Positions 60,577 through 64,000 of a DNA stretch of 64,000 nucleotides are shown here, piece after piece (position 1 is the first letter of the stretch; every line of letters begins with the position of its first letter). The stretch is taken from assembly GCA_963833095.1 (NCBI GenBank), contig CAWHWQ010000001.1:384001-448000 (forward strand), in the 5' to 3' direction. The stretch comes from Vulcanimicrobiota bacterium (GTDB lineage: Bacteria; Vulcanimicrobiota; Vulcanimicrobiia; Vulcanimicrobiales; Vulcanimicrobiaceae). The translations under genes were made by a program, and so were the position numbers. A model generated the notes under the pieces. It was not told the DNA's origin, did no database searches, and saw nothing but the letters and a program-made list of their open reading frames with translations.

Positions 60577-61849
60577 CACGCACCGTTTCGACGCGAGCAT
60601 CGAGCGTTCCGTGCCCAAGACGCGCGACTATTCCGTCCCCGACCGCGACGTCACGCGTGGAACGCACCAGCGAGCCATCTCGGAAGATCAATGCGTAACC
60701 ACGCGCTAGCGGCTGTTCCGGGTCGAGCGCCGCGAGCTTCCCGGCCACGTCCTGCAGGCGGCTGCGACGGAGCGAAACGTACCGCTGCCACATCGCCGGC
60801 AAACGCTCGCGCGCAACCGCGAGCCGCGTCGCGCGTTGCGCGACCCGCGCGGCGGGACTCTGGGCGTTTAGACGACGTTCGAGTTCGAGGAAACGTTCGC
60901 GTTGGCGGCCGAAGGCGCGGCTCAGGCCGCTCGCGAGCCGCTGCGCCAGCAAATCCCGGCTTTGCGCCGCGTTTAGCATGTAACGCCTAATACGTTCGTC
61001 TAGGCGCACCTCCAGGTTGCGGAGACGGTTGATTGCCTCCACCCAACCCCGAGCAACACGGTCCGCTGCAGCTGATGGCGTCTCAACGGAAACGTCGGCT
61101 GCGAAATCAGCAATGCTGCGATCGCGCGTGTGCCCAAGCGCCGTGATAATTGGAATCTTTGCGCGAAAGATTCTACGCGCCAACGACTCCGTGTTGAACG
61201 GCTGGAAATCTTCAAACGAGCCCCCGCCACGCGTTATCACGACGAGATCGAATCCCGCGCGTTCTGCCTCGTCGATGCGTTCGAATATCTCAAGCTCGGC
61301 GCCCTTCCCTCCTACGCGACTTTGGAAAAATTTCACCGACACGTATGGCGCCTTCTGTTTGAGAATCGTTTCGAAGTCCAGGGCCGCATCTCGTTTTGCG
61401 GAGATCAAAGCGACACGACGGGGAAATTGCGGCAGCGGACGTTTGCGCTCATTCGCAAAAAGTCCGTCCTCGCGCAGCTTCTTGACGAGCGCTTGATACT
61501 CGGCGTATAACTCTCCCTCACCGGTTATCGAAAGCGTCCTAGCAAGCAACTGATATGAGCTGCGTTGCTTGCGAATCTCAATAGATCCCCGGGCGACAAC
61601 CGCCGATCCGTCTTCGACGGGTGGAAAGCGTCGCGCGTCGCTCCCGAACGCATAGCATTCCAAAAGCGCGCGATCATCTTTGATTTTGAAATAGACCGAT
61701 CCGTCGCTTTGCAGTTTCCACTCGGAGATCTCGCCGCGAAGCGCGATGTTCGCAAGCTTCGGTCGGCTTTTGATTAATCTCTCAAGGTTCTCTGCGAAAT
61801 CCCCGACGGTGAACTCTAAGGCCGCTTCAGCGTCCGCCTCGCCATTCAT
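60569..61849 (-). CDS. xseA: exodeoxyribonuclease VII large subunit
   Basis: GEISE, YFKIKD, RGGGSFED, GH, TPSAAA, LARGY. Confidence 0.93.
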   Translation of the reverse strand: MNGEADAEAALEFTVGDFAENLERLIKSRPKLANIALRGEISEWKLQSDGSVYFKIKDDRALLECYAFGSDARRFPPVEDGSAVVARGSIEIRKQRSSYQLLARTLSITGEGELYAEYQALVKKLREDGLFANERKRPLPQFPRRVALISAKRDAALDFETILKQKAPYVSVKFFQSRVGGKGAELEIFERIDEAERAGFDLVVITRGGGSFEDFQPFNTESLARRIFRAKIPIITALGHTRDRSIADFAADVSVETPSAAADRVARGWVEAINRLRNLEVRLDERIRRYMLNAAQSRDLLAQRLASGLSRAFGRQRERFLELERRLNAQSPAARVAQRATRLAVARERLPAMWQRYVSLRRSRLQDVAGKLAALDPEQPLARGYALIFRDGSLVRSTRDVAVGDGIVARLGHGTLDARVETVRDE

Positions 61850-64000
61850 CGGCGCGGTTTGGCCGACGGTTTTGGCGTCGGTGCAGACGAGGGCGAATCC
61901 AGCGGAACGTAGTGGGTGCCGTCGCCGACGCTATCCGGTGGCGGCGTCGCCGCAGCGCTCGACGGCGGATCGGTCGCGGCCGGAGCATTAACGGCATCCT
62001 GCGCCGTTTGCCGCGTTCCGCATCCGCCCACCGACGGTTGCGTGCCAATCAAGTAGTAATCCATACCGCCCGAGCAGCCTGCGACGCGCACCACTTGGTC
62101 GGCGGGCATCGTGAAGTCGTGTTTGGCAACGCCCGCCAGCGCCTGCTTCATGAAACGCGCCCAGATCCGCGCCGGGATGTCGCCGCCGTAAGCCTCGTTC
62201 ATGCGCGTGTAGTCGTCGTTGCCGATCCACACCGCGGTGACGAGATCGGGCGTGTAGCCGACGAACCAGGCGTCGCGGAAGTCCGAGGTCGTGCCGGTCT
62301 TGCCGGCCGCCGGGCGCCCGATGATCGCGTTCGGATAGCCGGTGCCGTTGTTGATGACGTCTTCCAGCATCGACGTCACGATATATGCGGTGCCCGCGCT
62401 CGACGACTTCGGTCGCCTGCGGATAGCGGTCGTCGAGCACGGCGCTGCCGAGCGAATCTTTCACGATGCGGATCGGCGTCGGATCGATGTGGATCCCTGA
62501 TTGGCGAGCGTCGCAGTAACCCGCTGGCCTGATCGAGCGGCGACACCACCGACGAACCGAGCGCGAGCGAGAGATTCGGCTCGAGCGGCTGCGTGACGCC
62601 CATGCGGTGCGCGTAGTCGATCACCTTGTCGAGCCCGACGCGGTCGGCCAGCTTGACCGCGACGACGTTGCGCGAGAGCGTCGAGCGCCGTGCGCAGCGT
62701 GACCGCGCCCATGTAGCGGCCGTCGTCGTCGTTCGGCGACCAGCTCGTGCCGTCGCCCATCGGATAGCTCACCGGCGAGTCGTCGATCGTAGTGGTCGGC
62801 GGCATGCCCGAGTCGATCGCCGCGGTGTAAACGTACACTTTGAACGACGAGCCGGGTTGGCGGTGCGCCTGCCACGCGCGATTGAACTGATTCTCGAGCG
62901 AGAAGTTCGTGCCGCCGACCATCGCCACGATCTCGCCGGTCGACGGACGGATCGAGACCAGCGCCGCCTCGTGCGCGTCGATGCCCTCAGGCCTTTGCTT
63001 GCGCGACGCCCCAGTCGACGGCATTCTTGCGCTTCTTCCTGCATGCGCGGATCGAGCGTCGTGTAGACCTGCAGGCCGCCCTCTTCCACTGCCTGCTTGC
63101 CGAACAGCGCTCGAGCTGCGCGATCACGTACGTCGTGAAGTACGGATAGAGATAGCCTTGCAATCCCGGCGCGCGTTCGCTTGGTGAGGCCCGAGCGGCG
63201 CGTCTGCGGCCTCTCGGCTTGCGTCTTGCGTGATGTAGCCGCTCTCGACCATGCGATCGAGCACGTGGTGCTGCCGGTCGCGCGCAAGCGCAAGATTGAC
63301 GAACGGCGAGTAGTCCGACGGCGCGGCGATGACGCCGGCGAGCATCGCCGCCTGCGCCGACGCTGAGTCTTATCGACGCTCTCGCCGAAGTAGGTGTGCG
63401 CCGCGGCATCGACGCCGTACGCGCCCGCCCCGAGGTAGATGATGTTGAGATAGCGCTCGAGGATTTCGTCTTTGGTGTAGTAGCGCTCGATCTCGATCGC
63501 GAGCAGCGCTTCTTGAATCTTGCGCGAGATCGAGACTTCGTCGTTGAGGAAGAGCTTGCGCGCGAGCTGCTGCGTGATCGTCGACGCGCCTTGAAATTCT
63601 TGGTGCGTCAGGTCGGCGAACGCCGGCGCGCACGATGCCGCCGAAATCGACGCCGTGGTGGTGGTAGAAATTGTGATCTTCGTTGGCGATGAACGGCTTG
63701 CTGCACCACACGGCGGGATGCGCGCGAGCGGCACGCAGATGCGGTTCTCTTTGTATACCGAGGCGAGCAGCGAGCCGTCGCGCGCGAAGATGCGCGTCGA
63801 GCTCGCGGGTTGATAGTCCGCCATCCGGCTGATGTCGGGGAGGTTGCGCGAGTACGCCGCGACGATGCCGGCGACCATGCCGGCGCCGAACAGCACGAGC
63901 AACAAGGCAACGATCAGTGCGCCACGCAGCCAGCTCGTTCGCCGGCCGTCCGGCGCCTTACGCTTCGACGTTTCATTCGCGACAGCATTCAGTACGCCGT
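61846..64000 (-). CDS. class A penicillin-binding protein 1A family (frameshifted; start at or beyond window edge)
   Basis: EDHNFY, GASTITQQL, RKIQE, QPGSSFK, KTGT across frames. Confidence 0.9.

Noticed and set aside
61846..63910. Fragmented PBP1A as several genes
   Set aside because: Consecutive motifs continue across frames; same error pattern as the other patches

Overview
A GC-rich bacterial chromosomal segment. The gene order is Terrabacteria-like, but an outer-membrane porin is present; my unverified guess is Eremiobacterota/Vulcanimicrobiota. From left to right: (1) an add-mntR-rhomboid-dinG-S1/P1 nuclease operon. (2) An initiator tRNA-Met gene with a ~6.2-kb decayed, integrase-less island integrated in it. 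The island carries a DUF262-like fragment plus a RelA/SpoT-like gene, a HEPN-like fragment and a DUF1917-like gene, and it ends in a second tRNA-fMet copy interrupted by a 60-nt structured insert. (3) Small accessory genes, including a CarF/TMEM189-like desaturase. (4) A his operon with an unannotated His-rich leader peptide and attenuator and a HisA-HisIE fusion. (5) tdh-kbl-tdk. (6) A Pho locus (phoP/phoR/pstB plus a porin, with TTAA 11-bp boxes). (7) An atypical zinc-finger/hydrophobic-helix Clp ATPase. (8) rimP-nusA-ylxR-infB-rbfA-nrnA-truB-ribF, preceded by a ~240-nt, apparently separately promoted, hairpin-rich candidate ncRNA. (9) pyk and a phosphoesterase. (10) pbp1A-xseAB-tlyA-nadK-recN-primPol-ligC. 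A family of structured intergenic repeats occurs four times. Several patches (about 31.5-35.5, 48.2-50.2 and 62.4-63.9 kb) have dense frameshifts in essential genes, most likely sequencing errors. All calls come from reading the sequence and motifs; no searches were run.
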